A stretch of 50,000 nt of DNA from Chiloscyllium plagiosum. Taxonomy: Eukaryota. Each line of letters starts with the position of its first letter. Positions within the stretch are counted from its first letter, which is position 1. Shown piece after piece: positions 11,195 through 21,866 of this stretch. The DNA lies in NCBI RefSeq assembly GCF_004010195.1, contig NW_025214744.1, forward strand, positions 1-50,000, in the 5' to 3' direction. Under the pieces are notes generated by a model. That model searched no databases and was not told where the DNA came from. It worked only from the letters and a program-made list of their open reading frames with translations. Made by a program: the position numbers and the translations under genes.

Positions 11195-13095
11195 CTGTGG
11201 TCTTCTGGGAAAATACCATGGAAGGATTTAAAGAGAGGTTTAAGAAAAGCAAGGAGAGGACATGAGCAATCTTTAGCAGGTAGAGTAAAGAAGAAGCCTA
11301 ACGTTTTATATAGGTATGTGAGGAATAAAAGGATGACTAGGGTAGGAATAGGGCCAATCCAAAGTCGGAAGTGGGAAGTTGTGTGTAGACCCTGCAGAGA
11401 TCGGAGAGGTGCTAAACGAATATTTCTCATCTGTTTTCACTCAGGAAAAGGAGAATATGTAGAAGAGAAGAATGAGAAATGGGATATTAGACTAGAAAGG
11501 ATCGAGGTTAGTAAGGAGGAGGTGTTATCAATTCTAGGAGGAGGTGTTGTCAATTCTAGCAGGAGTGAAAGTAGACAAGTCCCATAGGCCAGATGGGATT
11601 TAAGCAAGAATTCTCTGGAAAGCTAGGGAGGAGGTGTTGGAGCCTTTGGCTTTGATCTTTGAATCATCATTGTCTACAGGTTTAGTACCAAAGGACTGGA
11701 GGATTGCAAATGTTGTGCCCTTGTTCAAGAAGGGTAGTAGAGATGACCAGGTAATTATAGACCAGCGAGCCTTACATTTGTTGTAAGAAAGGTTTTGGAA
11801 AGGATTATAAGAGATAGGATTTATAATCATCTCGCAAGCAACAATATCATTGCAGATAGTCAACATGGTTTCATCAAGGCAGGTCATGTCTACAAACCTC
11901 ATTGAGTTTTTTGAGAAGGTGACAAAGCAGGTGGATGAGGGTAGGGCAGTTGATGTGGTATACACAAACTTCAGTAAAGCCTTTGATAAGATTCCACATG
12001 GTACGCTGTTGGAGAAAATGCAGATGCATGGGATTGAGGGTGATTTAGCAGTTTGGATTAGAAACTGGCTTTCTGAAAGATGGCAGTGAGTGGTGGTTGA
12101 TGGAAAATATTCAGCTTGGAGTCCGGTTACTAGTGGTGTGCCGCAAGGATCTGTTTTGGGACCACTGCCTTTTGTCATTTTTATAAATGACTTGGACACA
12201 GGCATAGTTGGATGGGTTAGTAAGTTTGCAGATGACACTAAAGTCAGTGGAGTAGTGGATAGTGTAGAAGAATGTTACAGCTTGCGGGTGACTTGGATAA
12301 ACTGCAGAATTGGGCTGAGAGGTGACAAATTGAGTTCAATGCAGATAAATGTGAGGTGATTCACTTTGGGAAGAATAACTGAAGACAGAATACTGGGTCA
12401 ATGGAAAGATTCTTGGTAGTGTGGACATGCAGAGGGATCTTGGAGTCCATGTACATAGATCCCTGAAAGTTACCACCCATGTTGATAGTGCTGTAAAGAA
12501 GGCATACAGTGTGTTAGGTTTTATTGAGAGAGGGATTGAGTCCTGGAGCCGTAATGTCATGCTGCAACTATACAAAACGCTAGTGTGGCCTCACTTGGAA
12601 TATTGTGTACAGTTCTGGTCACCCCATTACAGGAAGGATGTGGAAGCATTGGAAAAGGTGCAGAGGAGATTTACCAGGATGTTGCCTGGTCTGGAGGGAA
12701 GGTGTAATGAGCAAAGGCTGAGAGACTAAGGCTAAGAGGGGATTTGATAGAGACATACAAGATGATTAGAGGAGAAGATAGGTTAGACAGTGAAAGTATT
12801 TTTCCTACGAGAATGATGTCAGCTTGTATGAGGGGGCATAGCTACAAATTGAGGGGTGATAAATTTAAGACAGATGTCAGAAGCAGGTTTTTACTCAGAG
12901 AGTGGTAAGGGCGTGGAATGCCCTACCTGCCAATGTAGTTAACTCAGCCACATTAGGGAAATTTAATCAACCCTTGGATAAGCACATGGATGATGATGGG
13001 ATAGTGTAGGGGGATGAGCTGAGAATAGTTCACAGGTCGGCGCAACATTGAGGGCTGAAGGACCTGTTCTGCGCTGTATTGTTCTATGTTCTATG
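11195..13095 (+). mobile_element. CR1 LINE, 5'-truncated, pseudogenised ORF2 (RT)
   Basis: ORF fragments with WRIANVVPLFKKG, VDVVYTNFSKAFDKIPH, GVPQGSVLGP, KFADDTK, PHLEYCVQFWSPHY; frameshifts and stops; ends in (TTCTATG)n tail. Confidence 0.95.
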
Positions 13096-13308
13096 AAAGG
13101 GGCATTCAGTTTATGAATCATTTGCATAACGTCACTAAGAATGCATTCCCCACTGGTATAGCAATTTTGGTAATTACGAAACACATGGTCTGTTAGTCTG
13201 GTGTAGTGAATATAATAAAGTATAAGAGAAAGAAAGACCCAAACGAGGATTACAACTTGAACCAAAGATCAATTGAAAATAACACTTGGACAATTCTTCC
13301 ATTTACTA

Positions 13309-13612
13309 ACAGTGCCAGAGACCCGGGTTCAATTCCCGCCTCAGTCAACTGTCTATGTGGAGTTTGCACATTCTCCCTGAGTCTGCGTGGGTTTCCTCTG
13401 GATGCTCTGGTTTCCTCCCAAAGTCCAAAAATGTGCAGGTTAGGTGAATTGGCCAGACTAAATTGCCCATAGTGTTAGGTGACGGGGTAAATGTAGGGGA
13501 ATGGGTTTGGGTGGGTTGCGCTTTGGCGGGTCAGTGTGGACCTGTTGGGTCGAAGGGCCTGTTTCCACACTGTAAGTAATCTAATGTAATGTAAGTAAGT
13601 AATCTAATCTAA
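13309..13612 (+). mobile_element. HE1-type V-SINE lacking A box
   Basis: B box GGTTCAATTCC at ~13326, V domain, CR1-like end with GTAA/TAATC repeat tail. Confidence 0.85.
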
Positions 13613-14339
13613 TTTAACAGATTAGTACTGACTTTTTGAACCATTTATACTGAATTGTTTCCTCTACATTGTCTTAATTTTGCTTCTCATATCATCTCGA
13701 TATTTCTGCCTCAAACCTCCCATTATTGTTGGTGAAACTATAGTGAAGTGGTTTTATAGGCACATAGCACAGCAACCTTTCCCTTTATTTCAGCTGTGAG
13801 GTTTGATTTAAATTGCATCAATCATAGGATTTTACAATTAAAGATTACACTTAGAGTGATACTATTTAGTCCTTCATGAATGCGCCAGCTCTTTAATACA
13901 ACGGTCCAAAACTAATTAATTGAGTCAATGTGCTGTATCTTTCTCTGCTTCGAATATTTATCCTCTTCGAAAATGTAATGTTCTTTTCCTCAACCAGTCC
14001 CACTTACAGTTTCGAGGTTCTGATATCCTACTGCATACAATGACAAACTCTCCTCAGCTCTCTTCTCAGTCACTTAGTGACAGTCTTAATCTGGTGATAC
14101 ACTCTTGACCAACACCTTGACTGTGCAAAGTAGTTTCTCCCTGTTTACCCCATCAAAATGTTACATAATTTTAAAAGCATGCAGAAATGAATCTTAAGAC
14201 AAGGTTTTAGTTAATCACTTGAATTTAGTTAATGCTTGGTCATTTGCAATATCTTCCAGGATCATTTTTATATTAAGCTGCTCAAATGATACATTGGCCC
14301 TCATGCAGCATATTGACAAAACAGCAATTTTGTTAACAT

Positions 14340-15000
14340 TTTACATGGAGCATCCTAAAACAGCATCTGGTCTTGAGTCATATTGAGATATATCAGGACA
14401 GTATGCCAAAAGTTTGGTTATGACTTGATAGATAAGAACGGAATCAGGCAAGTGCAGACCCACACTGTTGGATACCAATGAAAGGCATTGGAGGAGGATG
14501 TTGTGGTTAGCTACATCAAAAGCTGCCAATGGGTTAAGGAGAATGAGAAGGAGCCGTTTACCTTTGTCTCAGACACATAGGAGGTCATGTGTGACCTTGA
14601 TAAGAGCACTTTCAGTACTGTGGTGGACAGAAACCAGATTGAAAGATTCAAACTTGGATTTCAGCAAAGATAGGCACAGACTTAGGAAGTATTCAAGGAC
14701 ATCAGGGAGGAAGCAAGATTGGAGACAACACAGCAATTTACAAAGATGGAAGAGTCAGGGGTTAATTTTTTTCGAGGTCAGATTTGAAGATTCAGCAGAT
14801 CAGAATGGGAATGGAGAGTGTCTAAGGAGATAGAACCTCAACAATATCAGCTATCGTGGGAAACAAGTAGATTAGGGGTTCAGAGTTTAGTGAGAAAGAG
14901 GCTAAAACAGTGGACGATAGATCTGGTGGACAAGGTGAATTCTACAAAAGCATGAGGAATAATAAACAGAAATCAAAGGAAGGTACAACTCAGGATTAGA
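14340..15000 (-). mobile_element. L2 LINE fragment (RT region joined to 3' end)
   Basis: Minus strand gives SALIKVTHDLL and LLILLNPLAAFDVANHNILLQCL, matching the L2 motifs TETALIKVTNDIL and LDLSAAFDTVDH. Confidence 0.75.
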
Positions 15001-15719
15001 GCAGGACGAAGTTGAAATATTCCTTCTGTAGCATTCAAAACACATAGAAATTTACATTTTTGTGAAAGAAAATATATCTTACAAATCATAAATGTTGCTA
15101 TCAAATGGAATTAGGGAAATGTCTGGAACTTATTCATTCATAGTATTCAATATTGAACTGTCATAAATGCCACCACAATCTACACTGCAATCTCATTTAG
15201 AACAGAGGAGATCAATAAGCAAATATTATGTACTGTGGCTTCTTAAACTGTCCCAAATTCATAATTCAAAACATTCATCTAAACTGATACAAAACTGTTG
15301 CCTGAACAAAGCCCGCACTGTTTTATCGTTCACAATAGTTCTCAAGGCGTTTTTTGTCTCCCTATACTGAGAGATCAGAAAACTGAAGATAAAATCCTTT
15401 CAAGAATAAGATGGCTCAAATTTCCAATTTCTTGCTACAAGCAACTGCTTTGCAACTTCAGCTGTTGTGTCAGAAAATCAATCAATTACTTCAGCAAAAT
15501 TGTGATACTTTCCCTGGCTGTACCAGCTTGTAAATTATTAACCACAGGTTCACCCAACACCCCTTCCTCTGCCACCGGTGATGCTCTATTCTTAATATTC
15601 TTAAATATTATGCAGTGTGTGAACTGACAAACACAAATCCAGGAAAACCTGGATCTAATTAATTAAACAGTCTTGATCATCTAAAGAAAATTAATGGAAA
15701 TTATGGAGTTGAGATTTCT

Positions 15720-16095
15720 CGATTTTAGTTGAGAGTGGAGTGCTGGAAAAGCGCAGCAGGTCAGGCAGCATCTGAGGAACAGGAGAATCGATGTTTCGGG
15801 CAAGAGCCCTTCATCAGGAATGAGGCTTGTGAGCCAAGGGGGTGGAGAGATAAAAGAGAAGGGGTGAGGCTGGGGGAAATTAGCTGTGAGTATGATAGGT
15901 AGATAGAGGAGGGGGTAATGGTGATAGGTTGGAGAGGAGGGTGCAGCGGATAGGTGGGAAGGAAGATGGACAGGTCATGAGAGTGGTGCCGAGTTGTAAG
16001 ATTAGAACCGGGAATAGGTGAGGGGAAGGGAAATTAGGAAACTGGTGAAATCCACATTGATGCCATGTGGTTGGAAGGTCTCAAGGTGGAAGACT
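15720..16095 (-). mobile_element. Penelope-like element 3' fragment (GIY-YIG C-terminus, pyrimidine-rich tract, hammerhead)
   Basis: Minus strand FHLETFQPHGINVDF (~16045-16092), then CT-rich tract, then CTGATGAAGGGCTCTTGCCCGAAACATCG (15789-15817). Confidence 0.8.
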
Positions 16096-16469
16096 TTCTA
16101 GACTTTAGTCTGCTGAATTTCCTTCTCATAAACAAATCTTTAGCACTGTGCAGTGCAGAATTAGCTGAATAGATATTGTTTATGTTTTCAATTGTAGTAG
16201 TATGGGAGACCTCTTCAGCACATCAGAACTTTAACCCATCACCAAAATGTGATGTTTACTCTAGCTGATTATCCAGCCTTTAGATCACTTGTAGATTTCT
16301 AGCTTCCATTCAAGTATGAGTCTGGGATGGGTACTGAGAAATTGTCTCTGGTAGACCTAAGAGTTCAGAAATAAACAGACAGCCATTGCATTCAGAGCTT
16401 TTAGGGTGAAATCCATTTCTCTTATTAGCATAATATTACAGTAAACAAACAAAGCAAAAATTCATATTT

Positions 16470-16690
16470 TTATAATATCTTTCAAGATTTTGGGACTCGC
16501 AAGAATTTTACAGTCCATGAAATATTTTTTCAAATGTTGTCATTGTTACAACCCAGGAAACACACAGCCAATTCGCACACTGCAATGTGATATATGACTG
16601 GGTAATCCTTTTCTTTAGTGATCTTGGTTTAGCAATAAATATTGGCTAGCACACCGAGGACAACTCCAAAACTCTTCTTCAAAACAAACT
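16470..16690 (-). mobile_element. Deu-domain SINE, degenerate
   Basis: ATAAATATTGGCTAGCACACCGAGGACAACTCC...CTCTTCTTCAAA is the reverse complement of the core at 2190-2245. Confidence 0.65.
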
Positions 16691-17059
16691 ACCTGCCTAC
16701 ATATGGTGTAATGTATTGGGTTGTTCTTATCACTTTCAGCAAGAAATCTCAGGAAGCTGATGCATATTAAGTGGGAAATCCGGTCTTGGCCCTTGAAGAG
16801 GAGTGTTGGGAACAGCTTTTGGTGTGCTAGGATTTTTAAAGGTCCTGCAAAATGACAGTGATTAGTTCTTAATATTAATCAGTTGCCCTTGATAAATCAA
16901 GTTCTTAAGTCAATGACAGTTAAATCTTGTCTCCTTATCCACATTCTTTGGTATTATCTGAGGATACCGGGAGGCCAACGTTTATTTTCATCTACTGTAT
17001 GCAAGCCTAGTTTCTTCTTTACCCCTAGCTGCTATTCTGAGACTGCACTTATCATAAAA

Positions 17060-17571
17060 TCATAGGACCCCTACAGTGTGGAAACAGGCCCTTTGGCCCA
17101 ACAAGCTCCCACCGACCCTCTGAAGAGTAACGCATCCTGACCCATTCCCCTACCCTATAATTACCCCTGACTAAGGCACCTAACCTCCACATTCCTAAAA
17201 ACAGTGGGTAATTTAGCATGGCCAACTCACCTAATCTGCACACCTTTGATTTGGAGATGCCGGTGTTGGACGGGGGTGTACAAAGTTAAAAATCACACAA
17301 CACCAGCTTTATTAGGAAGCACTAGCTTTCGGAGCACTGCTCCAAAAGCTACTGCATCCAAATAAACCTATTGGACTATAACCTAGTGTTATGTGATTTT
17401 TAATTTTGCACATCTTTGGATTGTGGGAGGAAACCGAAGCCCCCAGAGAAAAACTCATGCAGACACAGGGAGAATGTGCAAACTCCACACAGACAGTCGC
17501 CGGAGGCTGGAATCAAACCTGGCTCCCTGGCACTGTGAGGCAGCAGTGCTAACCACTGAGCCACCATGCCG
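17060..17571 (-). mobile_element. HE1-type V-SINE interrupted by an insertion
   Basis: Colinear with the other copies over 17060-17248 and 17409-17571; intact A box TGGCTCAGTGG and B box GGTTTGATTCC. Confidence 0.85.
17249..17408. mobile_element. Fold-back (inverted-repeat) insertion, probably Penelope-derived
   Basis: Arms CAAAGTTAAAAATCACACAACACCAG / CTAGTGTTATGTGATTTTTAATTTTG around a central GGAGC-ACT-GCTCC; flanked by CACACCTTTG/CACATCTTTG (probable TSD). Confidence 0.7.
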
Positions 17572-18009
17572 AGCCACCTGCCTCAAATCAGTCAGGGAAA
17601 ATAACCAAAGATGTTCACTCACCACCAGTCATAGCAGCTCTGTGGATCGCCTTGGAAAGTTCCTCAGTGCCAATCTTGGCAGAACTTCCAGCTTCAAAAT
17701 CAATACAGAACCTACTTGACTTATTAAACCCATCATGTGAAAATTGTTTATATTTTTAAAATGATTTTATTCCATTTTCCTTGCTTTTCCATAATTTCAA
17801 ATAAAGTAAGCAGGTTCTAGCATACAGGAGAGAATGTTCTTATTCTAACTGAGAAGATGACATTTCAGAAAAGGCCATTCGATCCATCGAATGAATCTAT
17901 AATTCGGGTCTATGTCTGCCATTTTCAGTTGCTTCCCACAGTTAGTAAGTTGCGTAAGAAAGCTTCCAGAATGTGCAAGAAGAAATAGAGGCTTGATTTA
18001 TGCAGTACT

Positions 18010-18200
18010 GTTTTCACATCAATGAAAGCACTTCACACAATGGACCACTTTCAAAGTACAGTGAGTGTTTTCTTGTTGGGCAATTGTGGCATCTATTGTG
18101 TGCCAGTGAAATCCCTCAAAACGCACTGAGCTCAATGACTAGTCGATCTGTTTACTTTTGGTCAACTGCACACCAGAAGATTATTTTACTGCAAATAGAA
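18010..18200 (-). mobile_element. Deu-domain SINE 3' part, highly decayed
   Basis: AAAGCACTTCACACAATG...CTTTCAAAGTACAGTG...ATCCCTCAAA; weak colinearity with 16470-16690. Confidence 0.4.
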
Positions 18201-18534
18201 TTAAGAACAACCATTGCGCATCACAAGAAAGGGACAATTCCTCTTGAGGTTTGTGAAATAAATTTGGAAATGTATTCTTCACAAACAAGTTTATGATTTT
18301 GTCACACAGAATACATTAGAAATGCAAATTGGATAATTGAAGGATAAACACAACAAATGATTTATCAGAATTATACATTTTTTTCTGTCTTTTTTGTTGG
18401 TTAAATATAAAGTCTGCTGCTGGGTAACAGAACTATCTACATTTTACCTAGTGTTAGCATTAATCAGGATCATCTAAATTCAACAAAGGTAGATTAAATT
18501 AATAAAATCCTGTCCCAAAAATAGCCCCAACAGC

Positions 18535-18715
18535 AGAACATAAGAATGTAAGAATAGGAGCAGGAGTGGGTCAGCTGGCCTATTGAGCCTGCTCTGCCAT
18601 TCAAGAGGATCATAGCTGATCTTTTTGTGGATTCAGCTCCACAAACCTTAATTCCTTTGCTGTTCAAAAATCTATCTTTGCCATAAAAACATTCAACAAG
18701 GTTGCCTCAACTGCA
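18535..18715 (-). mobile_element. CR1 LINE 3' end fragment
   Basis: AGAACATAAGAATGTAAGAATAGGAGCAGGAGT...GAGCCTGCTCTGCCATTCAAGAGGATCATAGCTGATC; reverse complement of the family at 922-1148. Confidence 0.75.
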
Positions 18716-20314
18716 AAAGAGTATCTCCTCCCATACCTGATATTTTCCCTGCTCCTCATACCACCACATTCTGTGATATCTACAACTGACATGACAATAA
18801 TTACTAATGTAGGGTATTTTTCGCTGCAGGTACATTTTTTTTAGGAACTGGATAGAGTTTGTTCAAAGTAACCTCCCATAAGAGCTTTAAAGAAAATGTA
18901 TAAGAAGCTTAAAGTTAAAAGGCAATAGAGACTGTGTTCCATTAGTTTATAACAGGATAGGAACTCAATGTCCCATTGGTGAAAGACCAGCATATAACCC
19001 ATTGCACTACTCTGGTTCATTACAGAAATGCTTTTAATCCTAATCTTGTCTAATGCCAAAAGCCACTGAAGTTCTTAAAGGCTGAATCATCACCAATTTT
19101 TATAGCCCTTGATCAAAACGCAACTCAAACAGTTTCTTATCAAACTCACTAATGCTAGGTGAGTTACTTATTTTTGTTCTCCAAGACCAAATAGTTATCA
19201 ATTGTTGATTAAAACAAGTCCACATTAAACTTTGGTATATATCAATATAGAAATTTAGGAAAGTACAGGACTAGAAGAGATTCTATCCATCCAGTCACTT
19301 GCAGAAAGAAATTCATCTCAATCGTAGCAACATGAGAAGTTCAGACTCCTCAAAGAACGTTCTCTGCTTCAAAAACAAGTAAGAAGAGGATACAGCCTCC
19401 AAGTGCTGTACATTTCTTCCAGCCGCAATGAAGTAAGTTTTCTTGACTTTCTATGCTAAATTAATGCCTGGGCAACCATCAAATCATCCATTCCAATCAA
19501 CAGTGGATTCCAACTTCATGTCAGTGCAATATATTGTTAAGTGATATGTCAGAAAATCAATTAATTACTTTTAAGTAGCAGTTAAAAGTATCCACACAAT
19601 ACTTCCATTTGAATTATTAAACAGAACAAAGGCTGAGTTTTTCAATCTGAAATTCTGCCTTAAAATAAAGTGCAGAAAGCTTCATGTGCCCTCCAGTCTC
19701 ATCAGAATTATTGGACAGGCTAAATACTGGCAAGAATAGTGCATATACTGTACTGGGGAATAAGTGGGGGGAGGGGTTGCAGTGCTGTTAGTTGGTGTCA
19801 AGCTACTCCAGTGATAACCTTATCCTACTTCTCAGTGGTGACTATATGCGTTGATTGTGTCTGGTTGAAGCCTTTTATCTCATTTCAACACAACCAAAGA
19901 CAGCTCTGACTGACCACTGTGCTTCTCTAGCCATCAGGAAACACCTTGTTTATAAGTTGCTGAAACATTGCATTAACATTCAGTAGCAGAACTGTCACAA
20001 TAATGCACATTACCAAATAACATTGCCTCACCAATTTGCGAAACAGGGCTAAAACATTGCTAACTGCTGTCATTTATTGTATTATGTTAGCATAATAATA
20101 GGAACATTGCAGGCAAAGACATTTGGTTAATATAACTAACTAGTATACAAATATTCCCTTGATATTTGTCTAATAACTCAATTTATGTATGATTAGTTTC
20201 TTCAAAAATTAACGTGTGAGGTTCCATTTATTCTTTAATATTGGGCAAGGAACTGGTCTGAGTTAATAACGTGACTCCATGTATTTACCACTCACGTGCA
20301 CATTTTGGTAATTA

Positions 20315-20462
20315 AAAGCAAAGTACTGTAGATGCTCTAAATCTGGAACAAACAAAAAGAGTTGGAGAAACTCATTAGGTGTGGCAGCATCCCACAATGG
20401 TCTCTCTTCCTTTCCTGAACTTGCAGGATTTTTCCGCTTGTGTGCTTTTCCAGCAGTGTTCA
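20315..20462. mobile_element. Decayed Penelope-derived repeat with partial inverted structure
   Basis: AAAGCAAAGTACTGTAGATGCT...GGAGAAACTCATTAGGTGTGGCAGCATC followed by TGCTTTTCCAGCA in the opposite orientation. Confidence 0.45.
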
Positions 20463-21672
20463 CTGGATAACAATCATGAGTAGAAAGCCTGACTAACATT
20501 GATACTCCTAACTCCTCTGTTCAAGGATGTGGTCTATTGGTAGGAGTCAAATGATCTTTGCACTTCATTTTTAATAAAATCACTGAATCTAGATGTATAG
20601 ATACCTACATGTAACATCAATGTCTCATATACTTATCTATTAGGCAGCAAGGAGTCTCTAGGATTCAGAAAAAACTACAGTGCAACTCCTTCAGGCAAAT
20701 TGAGCATCCCTTGCAATGTTCAGTTCACCTGACTTGTATCAGCAGCCATAAAATTCTAAAGTTCAAAAAACGCTTAAGCAATATATACTATAGAAATTGG
20801 AGACTGATTATGATGATTCATAAAGGACAACTAAAACTAAATCAAAACCAATTGAATACAGCGGTATACCCATTAACATGTAACCTGACCCCTCTGTAAA
20901 TATTACTCTTTGCCATGCTCTGCCATCTTCACTATACCACTTGCAATATATACAGTACTAAACCACAATAATCAATAACTGCAAGTAAAACGTAGGCTGA
21001 TATAGTGTTCATTCATTAAAATTGTTTGCCCCTATAATGCCCTCCAAAAAATAACTGTTGTCTTGTTATAATATAACCAATGCACTATCCTTTAATAGAT
21101 TCTGATTCTTATGTGAATGATGTTCTAACTTATAATAATAAAACTGGTCAACAGTATTTATTAATATTTAAACATTAGAAGCATTGACAAAAGCACTGGA
21201 TATACTACATATTCATAGAAAACAGAAGAATAGGATTTTGCCAGAAATGGTCTGTTTACTTCTAGAACACTACCTAAAGTAAGTGGGCGAGCTTAAGTCT
21301 CTTTTCTTAATCTCGTTTCTAATCTTTTATTTTTGCATCTAAATTGTACTCTAAATAGAAGACTCAAATAGTTAGCACATTCAGTACTTGAAGCAAACCA
21401 AAGGCAAAAGATGAAGTTCATAAACACGGAAGGGCTTTGTTGTATTTACAAACCAGCTTATGTCCCTCACCCTCATATTGAAACTTCACTGAACATGCTA
21501 CCAGGATTTGCTGCTTCAGAGCTGGTGAGCATGGAAATGCTGATGAGTTTACCCTTGAGATTGTCAAATCAATAAGAAAAGCAGCTGCAGGAAAGCAGCA
21601 ACGATCTGAAGAGGCAAAGGCAAAGACACATGAGGCCTGAAATAGGACTTCATACCAGAATTTCACATAGCT

Positions 21673-21866
21673 GTGGTGTTTAAGGTAGTAGTGGTTAAAG
21701 CTGCTGTGTTTCAAGTGGCAGTGTTTAAAGTGACAAGGCTTAAAGTGGCAATGTTTAAAGTGGCAGTATTTAAAGCAGCAAAGTTTAAGGCAATAGTGTT
21801 TAAAGTGACAGTATTTAAAGTTGCAGTGTTTAAGGTGGCAGTGTTTCAGGTTTCAGTGCTTAAGCA
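21673..21866. repeat. 15-bp minisatellite, consensus TTTAAAGTGGCAGTG, ~13 copies
   Basis: Directly visible periodicity; explains the (VAVFK)n ORF 21673-21903. Confidence 0.9.

Noticed and set aside
11600..12238. 212-aa minus-strand ORF
   Set aside because: Antisense shadow of the CR1 RT.
12963..13265. ECIL peptide resembling the human RUNX1c N-terminal mini-exon
   Set aside because: Wrong strand, four residues only, abuts a CR1 tail.
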